Part shown: piece by piece, positions 1 through 7,225 of the stretch
Layout: the number at the start of each line of letters is the position of its first letter
Position numbering within the stretch: position 1 is the first letter of the stretch
Made by a program: the position numbers and the translations under genes
Notes under the pieces: generated by a model
What the model was told of the DNA's origin: nothing
Seen by the model: the letters and a program-made list of their open reading frames with translations, nothing else
Database searches by the model: none
NCBI GenBank assembly: GCA_046757165.1
Contig: JBHHXT010000156.1
Span: 1-11,387 of the forward strand
Direction: 5' to 3'
Origin: a bacterium
Lineage (GTDB): Bacteria > Zhuqueibacterota > Zhuqueibacteria > Oceanimicrobiales > Oceanimicrobiaceae
DNA length: 11,387 nt

Positions 1-1
1 T

Positions 2-511
2 CTTGATTTTTGCAACAAATACCACCATGCTCCCAACCGGCGCGCTTCGTTGCCGTTGTTTATCAAAAAGCTGCATGAGAAAGGTCAAAATGTGCGGCAA
101 TCTTCGCGGGTTTTGACCCCGCAACAGGCCGCCTGGGACCAGCTCCTTGCTGATTTGCATGACGGCAAAGGACAAAAAGACAGAACCGTGCCGATTCCAT
201 ACGCCATTTTGGATGAGCTAAAAGACCAAATTCGTCGCGTGCATAATTTGCATCAGAAAGATCTGCAAGCAGATTATCATGGCACGTTCATGTTTGGCGC
301 GTTCGAGAAAAAATCCGCGAGTGCCGCAAAAGAATTTATCTGGCAATGGCTCTTTCCGGCGAAAGCATTGACACTCGTCCCCGAAACCGATGAACGAAAA
401 CGCTACCATCTGCACCCGACTCATGTCCAAAAGGCGTGCCCAAATCAAATTGCGGCAGGGGAGCTCCCCCCGGGAACATCTACCGGCTTGCTCGATTGCG
501 GAACAGAGTGA
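2..511 (+). pseudogene. intI: Integron integrase (tyrosine recombinase) remnant; open at the left window edge, internally deleted and C-terminally truncated
   Basis: Frame 2 is open from position 2 (LDFCNKYHHAPNRRASLPLFIKKLHEKGQ...). From 158 to 436 it reads HDGKGQKDRTVP...FIWQWLFPA...KRYHLHPTHVQKA, which is the patch II Lys plus the IntI-specific insertion. The box I Arg (YGxGLR) and box II (HxxRH...LGH...Y) motifs are absent. The last ~25 codons are unrelated and overlap the napB-like gene end. Confidence 0.85.
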
Positions 512-998
512 CTTCCCGGTTTTGCTCGACATGGCATTGCAGACAATTCAGACGCTCGGGATGGGTCGTCCGGGTGATCTCGCGACGGCTCGGGTCGTTG
601 TGGCAAACCAGGCAGGGTTCCCGCATAAACACACGGTGCGGAATCAGGGGCGGGCCGGCAGGCTGAGGTCGTTGGAGCGCCACCGGTTCCCGCATTCCGG
701 CAAACGCGTTGCGTGCAAACAGTTCGATCTGCTCATCAGGATGGACGTGGCACTGCTGGCAGTTTACCAGCTCAGGATGGGGCGTCACCGGTGCTTTGAA
801 GCCCTCCACCACCAATCCTTGCGCATGGCAGTTCAGGCATTTGCGGTCAAGGACTTTGTGGGGAATCAAGGGCGGCGCATAGGCATAGGGGCGCAGCTCT
901 GCCCGGGTGAAGTGGCCATAATTCTGACTGCTCTCCCTGCCACAGGCTAGCGTCAGCAGCGGGAGAACAAGGGCGATGAACGATCTCATATTTTTCAT
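480..998 (-). CDS. napB: Tetraheme NapB-like cytochrome c subunit (tandem duplication of the diheme NapB module), predicted lipoprotein
   Basis: Four CxxCH motifs (C54, C80, C129, C152) and two copies of PPLIPH...CxxCH...HPExxNCxQCHV. N-terminal hydrophobic stretch ends in LTLA-C19. GGGTGA precedes the ATG. Lies directly downstream of napA. Confidence 0.85.
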   Translation of the reverse strand: MKNMRSFIALVLPLLTLACGRESSQNYGHFTRAELRPYAYAPPLIPHKVLDRKCLNCHAQGLVVEGFKAPVTPHPELVNCQQCHVHPDEQIELFARNAFAGMREPVALQRPQPAGPPLIPHRVFMREPCLVCHNDPSRREITRTTHPERLNCLQCHVEQNREVTLFRNRASR

Positions 999-1073
999 TT
1001 GGATTCACCCCTTGTGATGAACGCTCGGTTGCTCGGCGGTCTCCACGCGAGCCATGGAACTCGAGTATGACAC

Positions 1074-3416
1074 TCAAATCGTTTGCAGTTTCTCAATTTT
1101 GACCGCGCATTTTTTGTAGTCCGGCTCCTTCGAAATCGGACAATAGGAATCCAGCGTGAGCTTGTTGATGAGTCTGGATTCATCGAAGAAGGGCACAAAC
1201 ACAGAGCCCCGGCGCGGCTTGCCCTTCCCGTTTAGAACCACCTGGAGCTCGATTTCCCCACGTCTCGAGGCGAGGCGGACTGTCTCACCATTTTGAATGC
1301 CGGCTTCGGCGGCATCATCCGGATGCATTTCCAGGTAGGCCTCTGGCACGGCGCGATGGAGATGGGGAATCCGGCGAGTCATGCTGCCGGTGTGCCAGTG
1401 CTCCAGCACGCGGCCCGTGGTCAGCCAGAAAGGGTACGCCTTGTCCGGCACCTCGGGCGCGGGTTCATAGGGCCGTGCCCAGATCACGGCCCGGCCGCCG
1501 GTCTTGTGATTGGAATAAAACTCGATTTCCTTCCCCTTTGAAACATAGGGATCAAAACGGGCCGTGTAGCGGTACGGGGTTTCGTTGCCATTGACCACCG
1601 GCCACCGCAGGCCGCGCGCGGCGACATATTGCTCATAGGTTCCGAGGTCGTGGCCGGTGCCGAGGGTAAACTGCCGGTACTCCTCGAAAAGCTCCTGTTC
1701 GTAGGTGTCCTCACCGTATGGGAATAAATCTGCAAACCCCATGCGCTTCGCCACTTCCATGGTTTGCCAGACATCCGGCGTGGCTTCGCCCGGCGGATCT
1801 ACCATTTTGCGCCAGTGCTGCGTACGGCGCTCGGTGTTGCCGAACCATCCCTCACGCTCCACCCACATGGCGGCTGGCAGAACCACGTCGGCGACCTCGG
1901 TGGTCGGCGTCGGGTAGACCTCCGAGACCACCAGAAAGCGCCCTTCTTTTTCAGCGCCCGCGCGATACCGGTTCAGATTTGGCATGCTGACCATGGGGTT
2001 GGTGACCTGCGTCCACATCACTTTGATGTCGCCACGGTCGAAGGCGCGGAACATCTCGACCGTATTATAGCCCGGGGTGGGGTCGATTCTTGCCACGGGA
2101 ACGCCCCAGATTTCGGCCGCCCTCTGGCGGTGTTTGGCATTCATCACCACCATGTCGGCCGGCAGCCGGTGCGCCAGCGTGCCCACCTCCCGCACCGTGC
2201 CACATGCGCTCGGCTGGCCGGTAAGCGAAAGTGGGTTGTTGCCTGGCTGGCAGATTTTGCCGGTCAGCAGATGGAGGTTGTAGACGAGATTATTCATCCA
2301 CGTGCCGCGCGTGTGCTGGTTCATGCCCATGCACCAGAGCGAGACCACCTTGGTGAATTTGTCCGCGTAGATTTCCGCCAACTGCTTCAGCCTGGCGGCA
2401 GGAACGCCAGAGATTTCTTCCGCATGTTCAAAGGTATATTTTTGCACATAGGCCCGGTATGCTTTGAAGCTCATCGACTTCGGGGCATCTTTGAAATTGA
2501 ACCTGTCTTTCAGTCCATAGCCGATATTCTCCTTGCCGCGCTTGAACACCGTATGCTCGTCGATGAATTTCTTGTCGTAACGGCCGGTGTTGATGATAAA
2601 GCGCGCAATGGCGTTAGCGATCGCCAGATCGGATTGCGGCGCCATGGACAGGTGGAGGTCCGCCCACTCTGTGGTTGGCGTCCTGCGCGTCGCCAGATCG
2701 ATGATTCTCACCCACGAAGCCGTGCGCTTGCGTTCGAGGATGCGGGAAAACAACACCGGGTGCATCTCCGCCATGTTGTTGCCCCAGAGAACAAAAGCGT
2801 CTGCCTTCTCGAAATCATCATAGCAGCCCATGGGCTCGTCGGCGCCAAAGGTGGTGATGAAGCCCGTCACGGCGCTGGCCATGCACAGCCGCGCGTTCGC
2901 CTCGACATTGTTGCACCCGATCCCGCCCTTGAACCACTTCAGGGCGGCATAGCCATCGGTTAAGGTCCACTGGCCGGAGCCGTACATGGCGACCGACTTC
3001 GGACCGTACTGCTCGACGCTTTGCTTGAATTTACCGGCCACCAGATCCAGCGCCTCATCCCAGCTTGCCTCCTTCAAGCTGCCGTTGCTGCGGATAAGCG
3101 GCTTGGTTAGCCGGTCTTCAGCGTAGAGAATGGCTGGCAGGCTGTACCCTTTGATGCAGAGCAAGCCCTTGTTGACCGGGTTCAGCTGGTCGCCCGCCAC
3201 AGACACGACCTTGCCGTCCTTTACCCCCACCATGACGCCACAGCCTGTGCCACAAAACCGGCAGGGCGCTTTATCCCAGGACAGGCCGGGGTCGAGAGGC
3301 GCCTGTCCGGGAACCGCACCACTCTCGTTACCACAGCTCGTCAAACCGACCGGCAGGGACGCGTACGCTGCCGTTGCCGCGCAATGCTTGACAAAATCTC
3401 GTCTTGAAAGCTTCAT
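1074..3416 (-). CDS. napA: Periplasmic nitrate reductase catalytic subunit (Mo-bisPGD, [4Fe-4S])
   Basis: Tat motif SRRDFVK; CRFCGTGC...LCIKG [4Fe-4S] motif; NARLCMASA Mo-ligating Cys; GMNQHTRG, GQPSACGT, TGRVLEHWHTGSMT and the terminal PDYKKCAV. Start moved from the track's 3431 to the ATG at 3416, which has GAGGAGG 6 nt upstream (780 aa). Confidence 0.97.
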   Translation of the reverse strand: MKLSRRDFVKHCAATAAYASLPVGLTSCGNESGAVPGQAPLDPGLSWDKAPCRFCGTGCGVMVGVKDGKVVSVAGDQLNPVNKGLLCIKGYSLPAILYAEDRLTKPLIRSNGSLKEASWDEALDLVAGKFKQSVEQYGPKSVAMYGSGQWTLTDGYAALKWFKGGIGCNNVEANARLCMASAVTGFITTFGADEPMGCYDDFEKADAFVLWGNNMAEMHPVLFSRILERKRTASWVRIIDLATRRTPTTEWADLHLSMAPQSDLAIANAIARFIINTGRYDKKFIDEHTVFKRGKENIGYGLKDRFNFKDAPKSMSFKAYRAYVQKYTFEHAEEISGVPAARLKQLAEIYADKFTKVVSLWCMGMNQHTRGTWMNNLVYNLHLLTGKICQPGNNPLSLTGQPSACGTVREVGTLAHRLPADMVVMNAKHRQRAAEIWGVPVARIDPTPGYNTVEMFRAFDRGDIKVMWTQVTNPMVSMPNLNRYRAGAEKEGRFLVVSEVYPTPTTEVADVVLPAAMWVEREGWFGNTERRTQHWRKMVDPPGEATPDVWQTMEVAKRMGFADLFPYGEDTYEQELFEEYRQFTLGTGHDLGTYEQYVAARGLRWPVVNGNETPYRYTARFDPYVSKGKEIEFYSNHKTGGRAVIWARPYEPAPEVPDKAYPFWLTTGRVLEHWHTGSMTRRIPHLHRAVPEAYLEMHPDDAAEAGIQNGETVRLASRRGEIELQVVLNGKGKPRRGSVFVPFFDESRLINKLTLDSYCPISKEPDYKKCAVKIEKLQTI

Positions 3417-3436
3417 GTCGTTCCTCCTCACGCTTG

Positions 3437-3748
3437 TCAGGTTCGAGTTTCGGGTTTTGCGTGCCGCGCCAGCAAGGAACTCACCTCCGGCTTCGCCCCG
3501 CCGGGTATCCTTCTCCCGGCCACATCCTCCACGCTATAATAAGCGAGAGTCGCGGACACGACCCCCGGCATCTGGAGAATCGCATCGAATTTCTCTTTCA
3601 TGGCGGTTTCAGAACCGGTCTCGAGCACGACGACCAGGTAATTCTCCACCTGGTTCGCAATTTCACCGCCCAGCTCGTTTTCTATTTCTGTCCGAACGGC
3701 GTCTAGCTCCGCCCGACGTGTTGAGACATTGACGCCTGAGATGGGCAT
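3437..3748 (-). CDS. napD: NapD Tat signal-peptide chaperone for NapA
   Basis: 103 aa with MPISGV...LVVVLET...QMPGVVSATLAYY pattern typical of NapD; immediately upstream of napA; AAGGAAG before the ATG. Confidence 0.9.
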   Translation of the reverse strand: MPISGVNVSTRRAELDAVRTEIENELGGEIANQVENYLVVVLETGSETAMKEKFDAILQMPGVVSATLAYYSVEDVAGRRIPGGAKPEVSSLLARHAKPETRT

Positions 3749-3805
3749 GTCAGACTTCCTTTCGTTTTGTGAACAACTCCAGAGACCGCGAACGTGCTCT
3801 CACCT

Positions 3806-5305
3806 TCACTCTCCGGCGTAGCGCTTCTTGAACTCTTGCATGGCTTTCTTGCGCGCGGCCTTCTCTTCGGCGCTCATTTTTCCGAGCGACCATTTGTGCA
3901 GCTCGCTGCTGAGAATGCCGTTGAGCATGGACTCGACTTCCCGGGCTGCTGCTTTTTTGCCATGCGCCCTGCCTTCTGCGATCAGCTCTTTGACTTCAGG
4001 CACGAATTCGGTGTAGAAGCGCTCCGCCACCTCGTACATGCCGTGCCACTGGGTGAAATCCGGGCCCATCATGGCAGCCCCCATTCGCGCGCGGCGTCCT
4101 TCATGGTGCCAGAGGAAGAAGTAGGTCCACTCGATCTTGTCATCAAACGCCGTGTCTGCCGTGATCAAGCCAACTTGTTTGAGCTTCTTGAACAGCCTGG
4201 TGGCGGGCATGCCAAATTTGTTGTTGTACATTTCGACCAAATCGTCATATTGCTTGTAGAAGTTTTGCACGTACTGCTTGCTGTGGCACTGGGAGCAAAC
4301 GTCCTGCATATTTTGCCGGCGCTTTTCCCAGGGCAGCGTCTCTTTGCCGGCCTTGATGTCCTTGGCATCTATCTTTTCTGACACCGGCGGCCGCAAGGTC
4401 CAACTGATGCGTTCGCCGACGTCGTGCGTCACTTCCTGGTTGGGGGTGGCGCTCATGTGGCAGGTGGCGCAGGTCGGGGCGGAGATGTAGTCTTTGCCGA
4501 CAATCCAGGGCTGCGCTTTGAGATTCATCTCACTTTTGTGTGCGATGAAATTAATGCCGTGCTTCGATTCGCGGTAGATCTCGTACTGCGGATGGTCCGG
4601 TCCCAGGTGGCATTTGCCGCAATCATCCGGCTCGCGTGCCTGGGCCACCGAAAAGTAGTGCCGGTTGTGGCAGGCCGCACACGACCCCAGACTGCCGTCC
4701 GGATTCACGCGCCCGATGCCGGTGTTCGGCCAGGTCTCCGGGTCGATCATCACGATGCCGTTGCGGTCTTTCATGACGTTGCCCTGCTCATCGCGCACGA
4801 AGTCCACAATTGAGCCGTGGCACTGCTTGCAGCCGCTGACCGCCACGGCGTTGCCATGCATCAGGGTGTTGCCCTCCACCACTTCTGCCAGAACGTTGTC
4901 CAGAGAGCCGAGAATCTTGCCGCCCTGGGCATGGTGACTGCGCTGGAACTCTGCAAACTCCTTCTTGTGACACCGTGCACAGTCTTTCGGCGAGACGATG
5001 GTAGCAATGGTGTAGGTATAGTGGTCAAACGCGTCTGCGTCGCCGCCTTCGGCCTTGTGACACTCGATACACCCAACGCCCTTGATGGCATGCTGGCTTT
5101 CTTTCCACTGCGCGACCGCCGTCGCGGCGTTGCTTTGCTGCGAGTGACATTCGACGCATTTCTGGTTATCGTCGGAGATGACGATCGCAGGCCGGGTACC
5201 GGGAATGTGCTTCTTCCCCTCGATGTACCCGACGATCAACAACGCCAGCAGAAAAAACAAACTCAGCACCGCGATGATGGTCCGTTTGGTTTCTAGTGAT
5301 AGCAT
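3806..5305 (-). CDS. Membrane-anchored octaheme cytochrome c of the hydroxylamine oxidoreductase (HAO) family, reductive (Tyr-less) type
   Basis: Eight CxxCH motifs (C50, 79, 109, 159, 209, 229, 279, 337) with HAO-like spacing; CH-LGPDH Asp/His pair after heme 6; ESKHG; helical C-terminus with AMMGPDFTQWHG; single N-terminal hydrophobic helix (aa 10-26); GGAGG RBS. Confidence 0.9.
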   Translation of the reverse strand: MLSLETKRTIIAVLSLFFLLALLIVGYIEGKKHIPGTRPAIVISDDNQKCVECHSQQSNAATAVAQWKESQHAIKGVGCIECHKAEGGDADAFDHYTYTIATIVSPKDCARCHKKEFAEFQRSHHAQGGKILGSLDNVLAEVVEGNTLMHGNAVAVSGCKQCHGSIVDFVRDEQGNVMKDRNGIVMIDPETWPNTGIGRVNPDGSLGSCAACHNRHYFSVAQAREPDDCGKCHLGPDHPQYEIYRESKHGINFIAHKSEMNLKAQPWIVGKDYISAPTCATCHMSATPNQEVTHDVGERISWTLRPPVSEKIDAKDIKAGKETLPWEKRRQNMQDVCSQCHSKQYVQNFYKQYDDLVEMYNNKFGMPATRLFKKLKQVGLITADTAFDDKIEWTYFFLWHHEGRRARMGAAMMGPDFTQWHGMYEVAERFYTEFVPEVKELIAEGRAHGKKAAAREVESMLNGILSSELHKWSLGKMSAEEKAARKKAMQEFKKRYAGE

Positions 5306-5399
5306 TTCTCCTCCAGGTTATTTGGCGTGAAAGTTCCTGCTGTTCAAAGTCGTGCAAAGGTTGCCATTTGGTTTTTTCAGCTTTGCTGCTTGAGCTTTA

Positions 5400-5432
5400 T
5401 TTGGAATTTGGTCATTTGGTGTTTGGAATTTG
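5400..5432. repeat. Short-period tandem repeat, TTTGG-N2/3 x4.5
   Basis: TTTGGAA TTTGGTCA TTTGGTG TTTGGAA TTTG read directly in the cytb-HAO intergenic region. Confidence 0.85.
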
Positions 5433-5480
5433 CGCCTTCGCCGCGCCGTGTTTGGCTGTCGGCGTGACACCCGTCCGCGC

Positions 5481-6533
5481 TCAAACAAGCGCTTCCCAGA
5501 CGGTAAAAATCAAGAAGCCAAAAAATCCGGCGACGCCCAGCCAAAAGCTGACATCCTTGCCCGGAAACCGCTTGAGCAGCACGCGGTCGATGAAGGGCCA
5601 GAACATGAGGATCAGGAGAAAGACCATGGTTCCGACCACACCAACTTCAAACGAGGTCAGCTTCAACCAGCGGAAGGTCGCAAAGAAGAACCACTCGGGT
5701 TTGATGTGTTCCGGCGTGACCAACGGGTTGGCCGGCTCGCCCATTTGCGCCGGATAAACAAGTGCAAGAATGGTCAGGATAAATGTCAGGGTCAACCCGA
5801 CGATGAGCTCGGTATAGAAATGGTCCGGATAGAAAGGATACGACTTCGCCTTTGATTTCTTGTCTTCTGCAAAATGTAATTTTGTCACGCCGTGCAGCCG
5901 GATTTGCATCACGTGCAGCGCCAGCAGCAGGACAACCGCCGTCGGCAAGACGCCGATGTGCAGCACGAAGAAGCGGGTCAATGTGTTGTCGTTTACCTCC
6001 GGGCCACCGCGGATGAAACTGGCCAGCATATCGCCGACCAGCGGCGTCGCCGCGGCGATGTTGGTGCCCACGACGGCCGCCCAGTAGGAGAGTTGCTCAT
6101 AGATCAATGAATAGCCGGTAAATCCAAATCCGAGCGTCGTGACCAGCAAGGCCACACCGATCATCCAGTTGAACTCGCGCGGCCGGCGGTAGGATGCGGT
6201 GAAAAAGACCCGCATCATATGCAGCATGAGCGTGAATACCATCAGATGCGCCGACCACATGTGAATGCTGCGGATGAACCAGCCAAAGCGCACCTCGGTC
6301 GTGATGTGCGCCACACTGTTGAACGCTTGCGCTGGATTCGGAACATAGTAGAACGTCAGGATGATGCCCGTGGCGGCTTGAATGACAAAAAGATAGAGCG
6401 GCGTGCCGCCGATGGCGAACCACCACCGCTTGAGATGGTTGGGAATCGGCTCGCTGGAGATCTCTCTCAAAACATTCAGGTCGAAAGGAAAAGATTCAGC
6501 AAACCATTCTTTCAGCGCCCTGGTTTTTTGCAT
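5481..6533 (-). CDS. petB: Cytochrome b of a Rieske/cytb complex, cytochrome b6-like and subunit IV-like parts in one polypeptide
   Basis: Heme b ligands H91/H105 and H192/H207 (b6-type 15-residue spacing for the second pair); RPREFNW, FTGYSL, SYWA, TLTRFF motifs; ANPLVTPEHIKPEWFF Qo motif; about 7 hydrophobic helices; AAGGAG RBS. Confidence 0.95.
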   Translation of the reverse strand: MQKTRALKEWFAESFPFDLNVLREISSEPIPNHLKRWWFAIGGTPLYLFVIQAATGIILTFYYVPNPAQAFNSVAHITTEVRFGWFIRSIHMWSAHLMVFTLMLHMMRVFFTASYRRPREFNWMIGVALLVTTLGFGFTGYSLIYEQLSYWAAVVGTNIAAATPLVGDMLASFIRGGPEVNDNTLTRFFVLHIGVLPTAVVLLLALHVMQIRLHGVTKLHFAEDKKSKAKSYPFYPDHFYTELIVGLTLTFILTILALVYPAQMGEPANPLVTPEHIKPEWFFFATFRWLKLTSFEVGVVGTMVFLLILMFWPFIDRVLLKRFPGKDVSFWLGVAGFFGFLIFTVWEALV

Positions 6534-6548
6534 GGTGGCTCCTTTGGA

Positions 6549-7007
6549 TCACACTTCTGGTAACATCACGAAGACATTGTCATTCTCATCAACTTCGACC
6601 TCATATCTCTCCAGAGGCCGGGGCGGCGGCCCGCTCACCACCGTGCCATTGACGTCAAACACGCCCTCATGGCACGGACAGAAGAAGCGATTGTTTTCAG
6701 GCTCCCAATACGCCCGGCAGCCAAGATGAGTGCACAAGGTGGAAATCGCTTTGAAGCCGGCCCCGGTGTTGACCAGGATCATATCCCGGCCCTGTAAATC
6801 TTTGAATACTTTGCTGCCTCCTGCGCTAAGCTCCTCGAGGGAGGCGACCAAAAGCTTGCGGTATTTCGGCGCTTTCTTTTTCGGCAGCAGAAACTGAATC
6901 GCATAAACAGCGCCAGTGCCATAGCTTGCCACCAGACCGACGCTCATCAGCACCCTTCGAAAGAAGCCCCGTCTGCTTACCGTTTCGTGCTCTTCACGTT
7001 TGCTCAC
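6549..7007 (-). CDS. petC: Rieske [2Fe-2S] subunit of a Rieske/cytb complex
   Basis: Tat-like SRRGFF followed by a hydrophobic anchor; CTHLGC and CPCHEG boxes; GPPPRPL loop; GTG start with GGAGG RBS. Confidence 0.95.
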   Translation of the reverse strand: MSKREEHETVSRRGFFRRVLMSVGLVASYGTGAVYAIQFLLPKKKAPKYRKLLVASLEELSAGGSKVFKDLQGRDMILVNTGAGFKAISTLCTHLGCRAYWEPENNRFFCPCHEGVFDVNGTVVSGPPPRPLERYEVEVDENDNVFVMLPEV

Positions 7008-7039
7008 GTTGTCCTCCAGAAAGATTCAGGTCTTAATCT

Positions 7040-7181
7040 ATTCAGGTGTTTAGACTATAGGCCATGAGGCCGTTAGGTTCTGCGCCATGCTCTAATCAAT
7101 GCGCCTGATATACTCATCTAAATGTCCCGGCAGTTTGGCCCCGTCCTACAGCCGAAAAGTCTACAGCCTATCGGCCTGAAT
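7040..7181. repeat. Imperfect inverted repeat built of 7-8 nt AGGCTGT-like units (REP/MITE-like)
   Basis: Left arm 7040-7077 ATTCAGGTGTTTAGACTATAGGCCATGAGGCCGTTAGG versus reverse complement of right arm 7145-7181 ATTCAGGCCGATAGGCTGTAGACTTTTCGGCTGTAGG. Confidence 0.65.
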
Positions 7182-7225
7182 TACTACAAAAGAGAGAAGA
7201 AGAAAATCAAGAGTTTGCTCTCGTT

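Noticed and set aside
456..472. GGGGAGCTCCCC palindrome as the operon terminator
   Set aside because: Short stem with no adjacent U-tract; cannot be supported as an intrinsic terminator.
390..950. 186-aa plus-strand ORF as a frameshifted continuation of the integrase
   Set aside because: No HxxRH, LGH or catalytic Tyr motif; it is antisense to the napB-like gene.
1764..2963. 399-aa plus-strand ORF
   Set aside because: Entirely antisense to napA with no recognisable motifs; typical shadow ORF of a GC-rich gene.
3417..3431. Track start of napA at 3431 (MRRND extension)
   Set aside because: This stretch contains the GAGGAGG RBS for the ATG at 3416, which places the Tat motif at the usual position.
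3806..5305. Octaheme as NrfA/ONR or as an oxidative HAO/hydrazine dehydrogenase
   Set aside because: No CxxCK motif, and Trp occupies the apparent cross-linking Tyr position.
5400..5432. Repeats here and at 7040-7615 as CRISPR arrays
   Set aside because: No identical 23-47 nt repeats with unique spacers and no cas genes.
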